Positions 1-8,615 of a stretch of 31,476 nt of DNA are shown here, piece after piece. Position numbers and translations under genes: made by a program. The stretch is from Synechococcus sp. Lineage in GTDB: Bacteria; Cyanobacteriota; Cyanobacteriia; Thermostichales; PCC-7336. The stretch covers positions 1 to 31,476 of the forward strand of contig JBFRWN010000033.1 of NCBI GenBank assembly GCA_051439605.1, written 5' to 3'. Each line of letters begins with the position of its first letter. The stretch's first letter is position 1. The notes beneath the pieces are model-generated. The model was not told where the DNA came from, did not search any database, and was given only the letters and a program-made list of their open reading frames with translations.

Positions 1-73
1 GCTTGCCGTTATGGATACGACCATTCTTGACAATATCTTCGGAGTCACAGCTCGGGCAAGTCGGTTTTAACAT
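1..73 (-). CDS. IS1-family transposase InsA-like N-terminus (partial, cut by the window edge)
   Basis: My translation from the ATG at 73: MLKPTCPSCDSEDIVKNGRIHNGK. This matches the CPxCxSxxIVKNG...GKQ pattern of IS1 InsA. Not in the ORF track. Confidence 0.85.
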   Translation of the reverse strand, partial: MLKPTCPSCDSEDIVKNGRIHNGK

Positions 74-125
74 TACTGGCTCACGATAGCTAAATGATCC
101 CTATCCTTACATTCGGTGGACTACC
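1..125 (-). mobile_element. Left end of an IS1-family insertion sequence (runs off the window to the left)
   Basis: The minus strand from 125 reads GGTAGTCCACCGAATGTAAGGATA, an IS1-like GGTA terminus. It interrupts a HEPN frame exactly at IIG|. About 50 nt inside, an ORF with the IS1 InsA zinc-ribbon signature begins. Confidence 0.8.
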
Positions 126-271
126 CCCCAATGATTTGGAGGTTATAGACAACGGCATCGAAAGTACGGTCATCTGACACGAGACTCTGCCTAGTCATAG
201 ATGCGGTATATCGTTGGATTTTGGCTATGCTGCTGAGGATGTCTTCGAGGTAGAGAGCGGTTACGTGACAT
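126..271 (-). pseudogene. HepT-like/DUF86 HEPN ribonuclease toxin, frameshifted and IS1-interrupted
   Basis: The ATG at 271 overlaps the end of the MNT gene and gives MSRN. After a frameshift the sequence reads ALYLEDILSSIAKIQRYTASMTRQSLVSDDRTFDAVVYNLQIIG, the typical DUF86 N-terminal half (YLxDI...DAVxxNLxIIGE). It is cut by the IS end before the RX4-6H motif. Confidence 0.85.
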
Positions 272-566
272 CTATCGCTTCCTCTAGGACATTGGCGCGG
301 ATTTCGGGTTTGAGCGATCGCCGAGTCACGAGATCGACCGGTTTGTTGAAGAGGTCTTCGAGGAACAATTTCAGATCCATATAGCGATCGAAGGTAGCTG
401 TGCCTTCGAACTCCACCAAGAAATCTAAATCGCTGGATTCATTAGTTTCGTTGCGAGCTGCAGAACCGAAGAGTGCAAGTGAGCATACACCGTAGCTGCG
501 GATCGTGTCGATACGATCCCGCAGCAGCGCTAGAACTTCTTGCTGATTAGTGACCTTAGAACCCAT
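261..566 (-). CDS. Minimal nucleotidyltransferase (MNT/MntA-type antitoxin of a HEPN-MNT pair)
   Basis: 101 aa with an exact GSX10DXD motif (GSAARNETNESSDLD) and a C-terminal VDLVT. Lies directly upstream of the DUF86 remnant. Confidence 0.92.
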   Translation of the reverse strand: MGSKVTNQQEVLALLRDRIDTIRSYGVCSLALFGSAARNETNESSDLDFLVEFEGTATFDRYMDLKLFLEDLFNKPVDLVTRRSLKPEIRANVLEEAIDVT

Positions 567-663
567 ATCTAACTCTACTGAGTCGTTTGGCGTAGTGACA
601 GTTCTCGCACCGGAAATTCAGCCGCTGCCGCACTTGTTCGTAGAGCGATTTAGACAGGGGCAT
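556..663 (-). pseudogene. Truncated HNH endonuclease (N-terminal ~30 aa only)
   Basis: From the ATG at 663: MPLSKSLYEQVRQRLNFRCENCHYAKRLS. This resembles the VRQRAxxRCEYCH start of small cyanobacterial HNH proteins. The DH and HNH catalytic residues are missing, and the frame stops at 556 inside the MNT start region. Confidence 0.7.
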
Positions 664-898
664 TCGATTTAGTAGCGCTCGCGGCGTTGATGTAGCTGAA
701 AATGTCGTCCAGCTCCCCAATAGTCTCCAACTCGATCGTCTCATCAGCCGTGAGATCGTCGGCTTTCTTTTTGTCCAGTAGTATTTGCATCCGTTCTCCT
801 AGCTCGTAAGTGAACTTGAACAGAGTAAGATTGTCGATCTGCTGGAGGTAGAGACTGTCAGGTAGGATGCTAGAAGGCTTGATGACAGTAGCAGTCAT
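650..898 (-). CDS. Small acidic hypothetical protein, coupled to the HNH gene
   Basis: 82 aa. The ERMQILLDKKKADDLTADETIELETIGELDDIFSYIN segment resembles small proteins I recall upstream of HNH genes. Its 3' end overlaps the HNH ATG. Confidence 0.75.
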   Translation of the reverse strand: MTATVIKPSSILPDSLYLQQIDNLTLFKFTYELGERMQILLDKKKADDLTADETIELETIGELDDIFSYINAASATKSNAPV

Positions 899-1079
899 AG
901 GAGAACAACCCTCAGTTTCTCCAATCCTAGCGTCAATCCTTTTAATCCTCAGCTTGGGAAGTTCCAGAAGGGATGAATTGCTCCCAAATTAATGACTGCT
1001 TGAATCAATTCAGTTAAAGGCCAAAAACGTACAAAACTAAGTACAGTTGGGTTGAGATCCTTTACTAATCAACATCAAT

Positions 1080-1127
1080 AGCTGATTTGTAATCAGCCGG
1101 TCGCAGGTTCAAGTCCTGTCACCAGCT
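1080..1127 (+). other. 3' fragment of tRNA-Thr(UGU); probable attR of an integrative element
   Basis: Contains the anticodon arm GCTGA-TTTGTAA-TCAGC (TGT at 1088-1090), variable loop, T-arm GCAGG-TTCAAGT-CCTGT and 3' acceptor strand CACCAGC-T. The upstream sequence (TAATCAACATCAAT) supplies no D-arm or 5' acceptor strand. Confidence 0.88.
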
Positions 1128-1211
1128 TCTGCGGTCTCACTCATATAAGGCATCACACAATCAGGCCGTTCGACCTAGGAGGTCATCGTAAAGCTTCTGA
1201 ATAGCCTTGAT

Positions 1212-3308
1212 TTAGCTGACAGTCCAAGTGACGGTGTCTTGGAGAGTTGCGCCGTCTTTCCGACCGATCGCTTCAACAGCGTTACTTCCGGGAGCAAGCC
1301 TAACATCTTGCCAGATAAAGAGGCGATCGCTATTGGTTTTCGTCCCTAAAGAACTGCCATTCAGCCTTAGTTCCACCTCGTCGGCATTAGAATAAACCTT
1401 GATGTCGATGGTAGCGTTGGGCCGCGGGTTGAAGCGCCGACTGGTGATGTAGACCACTTTGCCATCGGGCTCGGACCAACTGCGCCAATTGGCTTTGTAC
1501 CAGAAGAAGGCGTCCTTCTTCACTAGGCGATCGATGGTGACTACTCCCTTGTCATTCCTACCCGCCGTATCCCCTTCGTTGCGGGAATCAGAGGCAAAGT
1601 CAAACATGACCCAAATGAACTTCCCCCACAAAAACTGCCTCGTCTTCATGGCCAGCCAGTGGGCTTCGTGGAAGACGCTCAGATACTCTTCTGGGTGATT
1701 GGGGCCGAAGGGAACCAAAGGTTTGCGGGGATTGTCCGTATGCTGGTTGATACTGCCTCCCGCACCAAACTCACTCACGCCAATCTTACGCAGGGGCTCC
1801 AAATCATGTAGGCTATCGGCCCACTCTGCAAAGTCATCCCGCTGAAAGTAATACCAACCAAAATATTTGTTGTAACCAATGATATCGGTGTGATTGGTTA
1901 ACTCTCCCGTATCGCTGGAGCAACAATGGGCGTAAGTGGACAGCCGGTTTGGGTCTTCGCTAGCGACCAATTGGGCTAGTTCTTCTAGCAAATCATTCGT
2001 CTCGTCATTGTTCAGCCGTTGCTCGTTCCCAATCCCCCAGAAGGCGATTGAGGGGTGATTGTAGTTTTGGCGAATCAGCTCGGTCAGCTGCTGCTTGGCA
2101 TTATTGGCGAATGCTTCCGAACTCAGCACCCATTCCAGCAGTGAAATCCGGTTAATAAGGGGAATTTCAGCCCAGACGATCGTGCCATTGCGATCGCAAA
2201 TGGAGTAGTTGTAATCGGCATGCTGATAGTGAGCAAGTCGGACAGCTGTAGCCCCTAGTTCCTCAATCAGTTGGAAATCTTCGTCGCGATCGGCATTCGA
2301 TATTGCTCGCCCTTTGTCGAGCCGATCCTCGTGCAAGTTCACCCCGTAGAGATCGAGGTATTGCCCGTTCAGATGAAAACCGGTATCGGGATCGATAGTA
2401 AAGGAGCGGAAACCCAGGGGCTGAACCACTAGATCTTTGGTCGATCCCCCCGTGGATAGTTCTACATAAACCTTGTAGAGGTAGGGATTTTGTTTCCCAT
2501 TCCACAAATGAGGATTGGCAATAGTGCTGGTTTGCACGACCTCATCGGATGAGTTTGCTGCAATGGTTAGATTGTCTTCCAGAACTTGGACCATGGTGTT
2601 GTCGCGATCGACGATGGAGGTGCGAATCGTCGCATTTTGGACTGATGAATAATTGTTCTGGACCTTCGTCAAAATGCTTAGATCGGCAGAAGCAGAGCTG
2701 ACATTGGTCTGGGTAAGGTAGACCCCTGGCCCGCCAAAATCGAGAGTCTGAATATGGAGCGGATCGGTAACCAAAAGTCGCACGTCGCGATATAACCCGC
2801 CGCAGAAGGTAAAGTCTCCTGACAAAGGCGCGATGAACGGGTTGTAGGAGTTTTTCACTTTTACGGCGATGATATTTTCCTCGCCCACATTGATATGGGG
2901 AGTAGCATCAAATCGAAAAGTCCCGTACCCCCCTTGGTGCTGGCCTAAATAGCGTCCGTTCACCCAAACGTAAGTAACTAAATTCCCCCCCGAAAATTCT
3001 AGATAGAACTTCCGACCAACATAGTCATCCGGTAAGCTGTAGTGCTTGCGATACCATCCAACTCCCCGGTAATAATCGTTACCCCCATCTTGTCCATCCA
3101 GATTGTTCCAGGTATGCGGTAAGTCTAGAGAGGTCCAGCCGGATTCGTCAAAGTCAACTTTGTAGGCTTTTTTCGCGCGACCTTTAAAAAACTTCCAATC
3201 TGGATTGAGCTCTAACCATACGCGGTTGGATAAAGGTTCCGTATAGGTTGCAGTGGTTGCTGTGGAGGCTGCAACAGAAGTAGCCGTCGAAGGATGAGTC
3301 ACAGTCAT
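1212..3308 (-). CDS. Glycoside hydrolase family 2 (beta-galactosidase/beta-glucuronidase-like)
   Basis: Motifs LPHTWN, YRGVGWYRK, GGLYRDV, RLAHY, acid/base WGIGNE, nucleophile SEFG, NDKG and C-terminal VYSNADEVEL. The ATG at 3308 is preferred over the track start at 3344. Confidence 0.92.
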   Translation of the reverse strand: MTVTHPSTATSVAASTATTATYTEPLSNRVWLELNPDWKFFKGRAKKAYKVDFDESGWTSLDLPHTWNNLDGQDGGNDYYRGVGWYRKHYSLPDDYVGRKFYLEFSGGNLVTYVWVNGRYLGQHQGGYGTFRFDATPHINVGEENIIAVKVKNSYNPFIAPLSGDFTFCGGLYRDVRLLVTDPLHIQTLDFGGPGVYLTQTNVSSASADLSILTKVQNNYSSVQNATIRTSIVDRDNTMVQVLEDNLTIAANSSDEVVQTSTIANPHLWNGKQNPYLYKVYVELSTGGSTKDLVVQPLGFRSFTIDPDTGFHLNGQYLDLYGVNLHEDRLDKGRAISNADRDEDFQLIEELGATAVRLAHYQHADYNYSICDRNGTIVWAEIPLINRISLLEWVLSSEAFANNAKQQLTELIRQNYNHPSIAFWGIGNEQRLNNDETNDLLEELAQLVASEDPNRLSTYAHCCSSDTGELTNHTDIIGYNKYFGWYYFQRDDFAEWADSLHDLEPLRKIGVSEFGAGGSINQHTDNPRKPLVPFGPNHPEEYLSVFHEAHWLAMKTRQFLWGKFIWVMFDFASDSRNEGDTAGRNDKGVVTIDRLVKKDAFFWYKANWRSWSEPDGKVVYITSRRFNPRPNATIDIKVYSNADEVELRLNGSSLGTKTNSDRLFIWQDVRLAPGSNAVEAIGRKDGATLQDTVTWTVS

Positions 3309-3727
3309 CTTAAGAACGCCGTTTTCGACGTAAATTCCATACACATTCTTTCTAGCTAATGCAATAAAGGATGTGCGGAGTTTGTCTCAAGAGTTATATT
3401 AATTTTTTCAATTCGAGAATTCTTTTAAACATGTTTGATGGGCTATCAAATAGGATGTCGGATCTTATTTCTGTACAAATTTCGCCGGGAAAGCTATCCT
3501 CGTCGGCCTGACGTTTTGGAATAAATCTATTTGACATGTATGTGCAACTGAAGAGAGGTTTTGGGAAATTCTATTGACTGCAAAGTTGGAGCGAAAACGT
3601 TTAAATGGGAATGGAGATTTCGTGAACACAATGTAAAAACTATGGGGTTTTGACCGAATCATCCTACCCGTAATCGCCCGCTGCTTGGGGGACGCGTCTT
3701 AGTTGGGAATTATTTCGCCAGGAGAGC

Positions 3728-6547
3728 CTACTCAGAGGATTGGTCGGTGGGTCCTACTGCACTATCCAACTGCTGTAATAGCTCTCCCAATGCCTCTTGC
3801 ATGCGTCCGTAACTGGCCCAATCCCCCTCCCGCTGGGCCTCGATCGCCTGCTCGTAGGTCTCTAAGGCTTCGCGGATCGTTTGGCGCACTTCGCCTTCTA
3901 CATCCTGAAGATCGAGTAACGGTGGCCTGCCTTCCACCACGACACTCTCCTCCTCCGGTACGATTTCTGGACCGAAGACAGTGGTTAGCGCTTCCGGCAG
4001 TCGCTTTGCCATCACAATCCGATCGCCATAGGCCACAATCACCCGCTGCAGCTCCGGCAACGCCCCTTCTTCAGCGCTGAGAAAAACCGGTTCCACATAG
4101 AGCAGCGATCGCTCGATGGGAATGACCAACAAATCCCCCCGAATCACCCGCGATCCCTGCTGACTCCACAGCGTCAGTTGCTCCGAAATTTCGGGGGTTT
4201 GGTCGATGCGCGCTTCAATTTGGCGCGGCCCGAAGATCAGCTCTTGACGCGGGAATTCGTACAGCAACAACTTGCCGTAGTTCTCCCCATCCGAGCGGGC
4301 CGCAAACCAAGCCACCATGTTGCTTTTATCCCGTGGGGTAAACGGCCAAATCAGCACAAATTCCTCCGACTCCTCCTCCGGCAGCCGCATGATGACAAAA
4401 TAAGGCTGCATCAGCTGCTCCCTCGACTGGAATACCTCCTTCGGAAAGCTCCACAGATCTTCGCCGTTGTAAAACACCCTCGGGTCGCTGACGTGGTAGC
4501 TCAGATAGAGCTGGGACTGAATTTTAAATAAGTCAACCGGGTAGCGAAAGTGGGCTTTAAGTCCGTCAGGTACATCCGCGCCATTAGCAAATAACGTGGG
4601 GAAAATCTTGCGGTAGGTAGCCAGCAGGGGATCGTCGTCGTCGATCGCCCAAAAGGTCATGGTGCCGTCGTAGGCATCCACCACCACCTTGACCGAGTTG
4701 CGAATGTAATTGCCCCGCTCGCGAAACATGCGATCGATGGTCCCCCCTCCGGCGCGATCGATCGTTCGCGAACCTTCATTGCGCCACAGCGGTTCGGAGT
4801 AGGGATAGCGATTGCTGATGGTGTAGGCATCCACAATCCATTTCAAACCACCGTCGATCGCCACAATATACGGATCGCTATCGAAGAACAGAAACGGAGC
4901 CACCTGGCTTACACGCTCGCGAACGTTGCGGTGGTAGTGAATGCGGGAATCGGCCGTCAGGGCGTTGGAGATTAGCGTATTCCAACTACTGAGGTCTAGG
5001 GCGTAGGCTAGCCGACGGTACCAAGGGGAAAGAGGGACCCCACCCAGACCGTCGTATCGATTTTTGGCAGTTTCGGCCCCCAGCGGATAGTCAAATTCGT
5101 CGGAGGTGGCACCGGTAAAGATGTAATGGTTGGTGGCTTCGCCGTAGTAAATGCGGGGTTGATCGATATCCAGTTCACCATTCGCAAGATCGGGATGAAC
5201 CACGGGCGGAATATCTTTCACGATTAATTCCGGTAACCCATTGGGGGTCACTCGGGTCACCGGGCTCATCGCCAGCCCAAAACCGTGGGTATAGTTCAAC
5301 CGCTCGTTCACCCAAGTCTGAGCCTTAGGAGCCAACTTTGCAGTAGTGATCTCGCGGGCAGCCAACATCACCTGCTGGTAAGTGCCGTCCAACGTATAGC
5401 GATCGACATCTACATCGGAGAATTGGTAGTACAGCCGAATTTCTTGCAACTGCTGATAGGTACTCAGCAAAGGTCGATAGTCCCACAAGCGAATATTACC
5501 GACGGTGGGTTGATTGCGATCGATAACGGCTCGAGTTAACTCCGTTTCTACGGGATAAGCCTGAGAGTCTACCTCCGCCAGACCGTAGGCCTCTTGGGTA
5601 AAGGCAATGTTGTGGGCAACGTAGGGCTGTTCTCTAGCTAGCTCGTTGGGTTCCACCACAAACCGCTGCAAGAGGGGCGGATAGAAATTGGCGACGATCA
5701 GCAATGCGAGATAGACAGCCACGCCTCCCACCGGCGGCAGCAGCGAGCGCTGCCATAGTGACACCAGCAAGATGGCGGAGAGTACCGCAGTCAGAATGCT
5801 GGCCATCGTATCCAGGGGCAAGCGTGCATTCACATCGGTGAACCCAGCCCCAAACACTACCCCTTCGGGGGAATACAGCAGGTCGTAGCGCTGCAACCAA
5901 AAAAAGATTGACAGCAAAATGGCGAGCGCCGCCAGCAGCAAGCTGATGTGAAATCGGGCCGGACGACTGACCATCGAGTCCCAACTGCGCTTTAGATCGA
6001 TATCCCCCTCTAGCGCGTATATCAGCAGTACGAGCAGCAGAGAGCATATCAAAAGAGCTGCCAACCATTGCACGAGTCCCTCGTAAAACGGCAGTAGGAA
6101 GACGTAAAAGCTAATGTCCAACCCAAAGATGGGATCGGTTTGTTGGAAAGGGGTAGCATTTAGCGCTTTCAGAATTGTTTCCCAACTCTGCACCGAGAGT
6201 GTTGCGGCTACGAGTGCCACTACTCCCATCCAAACCGCCATTGCCAATTGAACCAGTCCGTATTCGGTTCTGCTCAACCGTCGCCCCAACGGCGGAGGAA
6301 TATCTCGCATGGGTGTCAAGGATTTAGCAAGCCGGTAATTGACCCCTAAGCCAAAAAAATAAAGGATAAAGGCCAGACACCACAGTCCCACCTGCCATCC
6401 GGCCCGCGTCCAGAACACCGGAGCAAAGCCCACGGTCTCGAACCACCACAATTGGGTGAGTAAATGTAAGAGGGGACGACCGAACAAGGCGATCGCCAAG
6501 AATATGAAAACGACAGAAAAAAGGAATAATCGCCAGCGACGGGACAT
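3728..6547 (-). CDS. UPF0182 family membrane protein
   Basis: 939 aa with an N-terminal multi-TM region and motifs DPIFGLDISFYVF, NIRLWD, DVDRY, YTHG, PRIYYGE, NYIRNSVK and LLYVEP. Confidence 0.93.
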   Translation of the reverse strand: MSRRWRLFLFSVVFIFLAIALFGRPLLHLLTQLWWFETVGFAPVFWTRAGWQVGLWCLAFILYFFGLGVNYRLAKSLTPMRDIPPPLGRRLSRTEYGLVQLAMAVWMGVVALVAATLSVQSWETILKALNATPFQQTDPIFGLDISFYVFLLPFYEGLVQWLAALLICSLLLVLLIYALEGDIDLKRSWDSMVSRPARFHISLLLAALAILLSIFFWLQRYDLLYSPEGVVFGAGFTDVNARLPLDTMASILTAVLSAILLVSLWQRSLLPPVGGVAVYLALLIVANFYPPLLQRFVVEPNELAREQPYVAHNIAFTQEAYGLAEVDSQAYPVETELTRAVIDRNQPTVGNIRLWDYRPLLSTYQQLQEIRLYYQFSDVDVDRYTLDGTYQQVMLAAREITTAKLAPKAQTWVNERLNYTHGFGLAMSPVTRVTPNGLPELIVKDIPPVVHPDLANGELDIDQPRIYYGEATNHYIFTGATSDEFDYPLGAETAKNRYDGLGGVPLSPWYRRLAYALDLSSWNTLISNALTADSRIHYHRNVRERVSQVAPFLFFDSDPYIVAIDGGLKWIVDAYTISNRYPYSEPLWRNEGSRTIDRAGGGTIDRMFRERGNYIRNSVKVVVDAYDGTMTFWAIDDDDPLLATYRKIFPTLFANGADVPDGLKAHFRYPVDLFKIQSQLYLSYHVSDPRVFYNGEDLWSFPKEVFQSREQLMQPYFVIMRLPEEESEEFVLIWPFTPRDKSNMVAWFAARSDGENYGKLLLYEFPRQELIFGPRQIEARIDQTPEISEQLTLWSQQGSRVIRGDLLVIPIERSLLYVEPVFLSAEEGALPELQRVIVAYGDRIVMAKRLPEALTTVFGPEIVPEEESVVVEGRPPLLDLQDVEGEVRQTIREALETYEQAIEAQREGDWASYGRMQEALGELLQQLDSAVGPTDQSSE

Positions 6548-6840
6548 TGCAAATGCAACCTCTTGGGACCGAGCATTACGCTCACCTATCCCCCATTGTC
6601 CCTGTCAGCTCGGAGGCTACCTGGGAATGTAGTGACTTCTTAACGAGCAATGCCCCTCCAAACAGACGGCATCGCTATCTGTCTGGATTCGCTCCAGCCT
6701 ACCTCCAATGCTTATCTGCCAGGCATTTCACCTCATTCAAACCATTCCTCCCTCAACAGAGGGGGCCAACCCAGAGTGGTAGCGCAACTCCCCATTCAAG
6801 TACAACCATGCCGGAAGATTGCGGACAATCTCGCGATCGC

Positions 6841-7217
6841 CTCGCAACTTAGCGGTGCAACAGGCTCGAAAACGTCGCGATAACGAGCCTGTGTGTTTCG
6901 GGGTTGGGAGCCTAGAGACTGACCTGACTGCCGCTCAAATTGCTTTGAACCCCATGATTACCCCCTCCGAGCGGAGCCAGCCCAGCTTTGAGACCAGCAA
7001 TCAAATTATGATGGGGCGCGCGTTAGTCGAGAAGGCTGTATTAAACGTAGTTGACCGTGCAATGGATATCGCTGGGGGACGGGCCTTTCGCCGCCCGTTT
7101 GGGCTTGAGAAATTGTTCAGAGATGCCCAAGGGGTCCGCTATCATCCCATTCGCGAGGAAGAACAGCGCAAACTTGCCGGTCGTTTTGCCCTTTGTTATC
7201 CCGCAGTCAACCTCTAA
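6841..7217 (+). pseudogene. C-terminal remnant of an acyl-CoA dehydrogenase-family flavoprotein
   Basis: AMDIAGGRAF...LEKLFRDAQGVRYHP is the ACAD C-terminal signature (GGxG...ERxxRD). Only ~125 aa are present and no N-terminal domains are recognisable upstream. Confidence 0.75.
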
Positions 7218-7353
7218 ACCCGCAAGGCTGCAAATACTTCTGGCAACCGACAGTCAATCAGTGCGCGCGGATGTGGCCGTCGTCGAGGGATGACTCTATT
7301 GTCGTAATAGGCCGAGTCACTCTTGCCGGTTGCCACTTTTTTTGGGTTACTCC

Positions 7354-8544
7354 ATGCTGCAGTTCGCCCGTCGCATTCAACCCCTGCGAACAAATGTGTT
7401 TGCCGATATGGACGCCGCCAAAGCAGAGGCCCAGAAGGCAGGACAAACGCTCATCGATCTGTCGCTGGGGTCTAGCGATTTAGCCCCTGCTTCAGAAGCA
7501 ATCGCAGCCCTGCACGAAGCGGTGGACGATCCGTCCACCTACGGATACTGCCTGTTTCAGAGCACTCGCTCTTTCCGCGAGAGCTGCGCCCGCTGGTACG
7601 AACGCAAATTTGACATCCCGGTCGATCCAGAAACAGAGGTGTTGCCTCTGATTGGTTCGCAGGAAGGGACGGCCCACTTACCCCTTGTACTGATGAATCC
7701 TGGGGATGTGGCCCTGCTCGCAGATCCGGGATACCCCTCATATGCGGGTGGGGTACATCTAGCGGGGGGAGAGATTTACCTCATGCCCCTGACTGCTGCC
7801 AACCACTTCTTACCCGTATTAGAAGACATTCCGGCGGAGATTTGCGATCGCGCTCGGATGATGGTGTTGAGCTATCCCAACAATCCGACAACGGGGGTTG
7901 CGTCCCTCGAATTTTGGCTGCAGGTGGTGAAGTTCTGCCAACGTCATTCCATCGCTCTCGTTCACGATTTTCCCTATGTAGACATGGCGCTAGATGGGCC
8001 CCCCGCTCCGTCGGTACTGCTGGTCGATCGGCAAAAGTCCATCTCGATCGAACTGTTCTCCATGTCCAAATCCTTCCACATGGGGGGCTTTCGGGTGGGG
8101 TTTGCTATCGGCAATCCCGAGATTCTGTTAGCCCTCAGGCAAATTAAAGCGATTGTGGATTTCAACCAATATCGCGGCATCTATCGGGCAGCGGCAGCAG
8201 TCCTCGATAACCCTGACGAGTTTGTGCACAAATCCCGTGAAATTTATCGAGATCGACGCGATCGCTGTATTGCCGCCTTAGCAAGCATTGGGTGGGAGAT
8301 CGAGACACCTAAGATGGGCATGTATCTGTGGGCTCCGTTGCCCCCCCATTACCCCCACAATTCGCAGCAGTTTTGCCTCGATCTCGTCAAAGCGACTGGA
8401 GTGGCTTTGGCCCCAGGTTCGGGGTTTGGAGAGGCCGGAGAGGGTTACGTCAGGTTTGCGTTGATGCACGATATGCCCTTATTGGGGGCGGCAATTGTAA
8501 AAATCGCTCAGTTTTTGGAACAGTATGCACCGGCCCAAACGTAA
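7354..8544 (+). CDS. PLP-dependent class I/II aminotransferase (cyanobacterial LL-diaminopimelate aminotransferase-like family; substrate uncertain)
   Basis: Motifs IDLSLGSSD, LIGSQEG, DPGYPSY, YPNNPT, HDFPY, PLP-lysine SMSKSFHMGGFRVG and GEGYVRFAL. The ATG at 7354 is preferred over the TTG at 7330. Confidence 0.88.
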   Translation: MLQFARRIQPLRTNVFADMDAAKAEAQKAGQTLIDLSLGSSDLAPASEAIAALHEAVDDPSTYGYCLFQSTRSFRESCARWYERKFDIPVDPETEVLPLIGSQEGTAHLPLVLMNPGDVALLADPGYPSYAGGVHLAGGEIYLMPLTAANHFLPVLEDIPAEICDRARMMVLSYPNNPTTGVASLEFWLQVVKFCQRHSIALVHDFPYVDMALDGPPAPSVLLVDRQKSISIELFSMSKSFHMGGFRVGFAIGNPEILLALRQIKAIVDFNQYRGIYRAAAAVLDNPDEFVHKSREIYRDRRDRCIAALASIGWEIETPKMGMYLWAPLPPHYPHNSQQFCLDLVKATGVALAPGSGFGEAGEGYVRFALMHDMPLLGAAIVKIAQFLEQYAPAQT

Positions 8545-8615
8545 TCAATCATAATAAAAGCCTCCCTGATGGAAGGCGCAGTCCGTTATTGCTGAGGCTG
8601 GAGACATGCCTTTGC

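Noticed and set aside
556..744. 62-aa ORF as listed in the track
   Set aside because: The first half is an alternate frame of the 82-aa gene. Only the part from the ATG at 663 is HNH-like.
1055..1127. Intact tRNA-Thr gene
   Set aside because: No D-arm and no 5' acceptor strand complementary to CACCAGC, so it is only a 3' fragment.
6547..6883. ORFs 6547-6852 and 6650-6883 as genes or as the ACAD N-terminus
   Set aside because: Pro/Ser-rich with no recognisable motif, and they overlap the likely UPF0182 promoter region.
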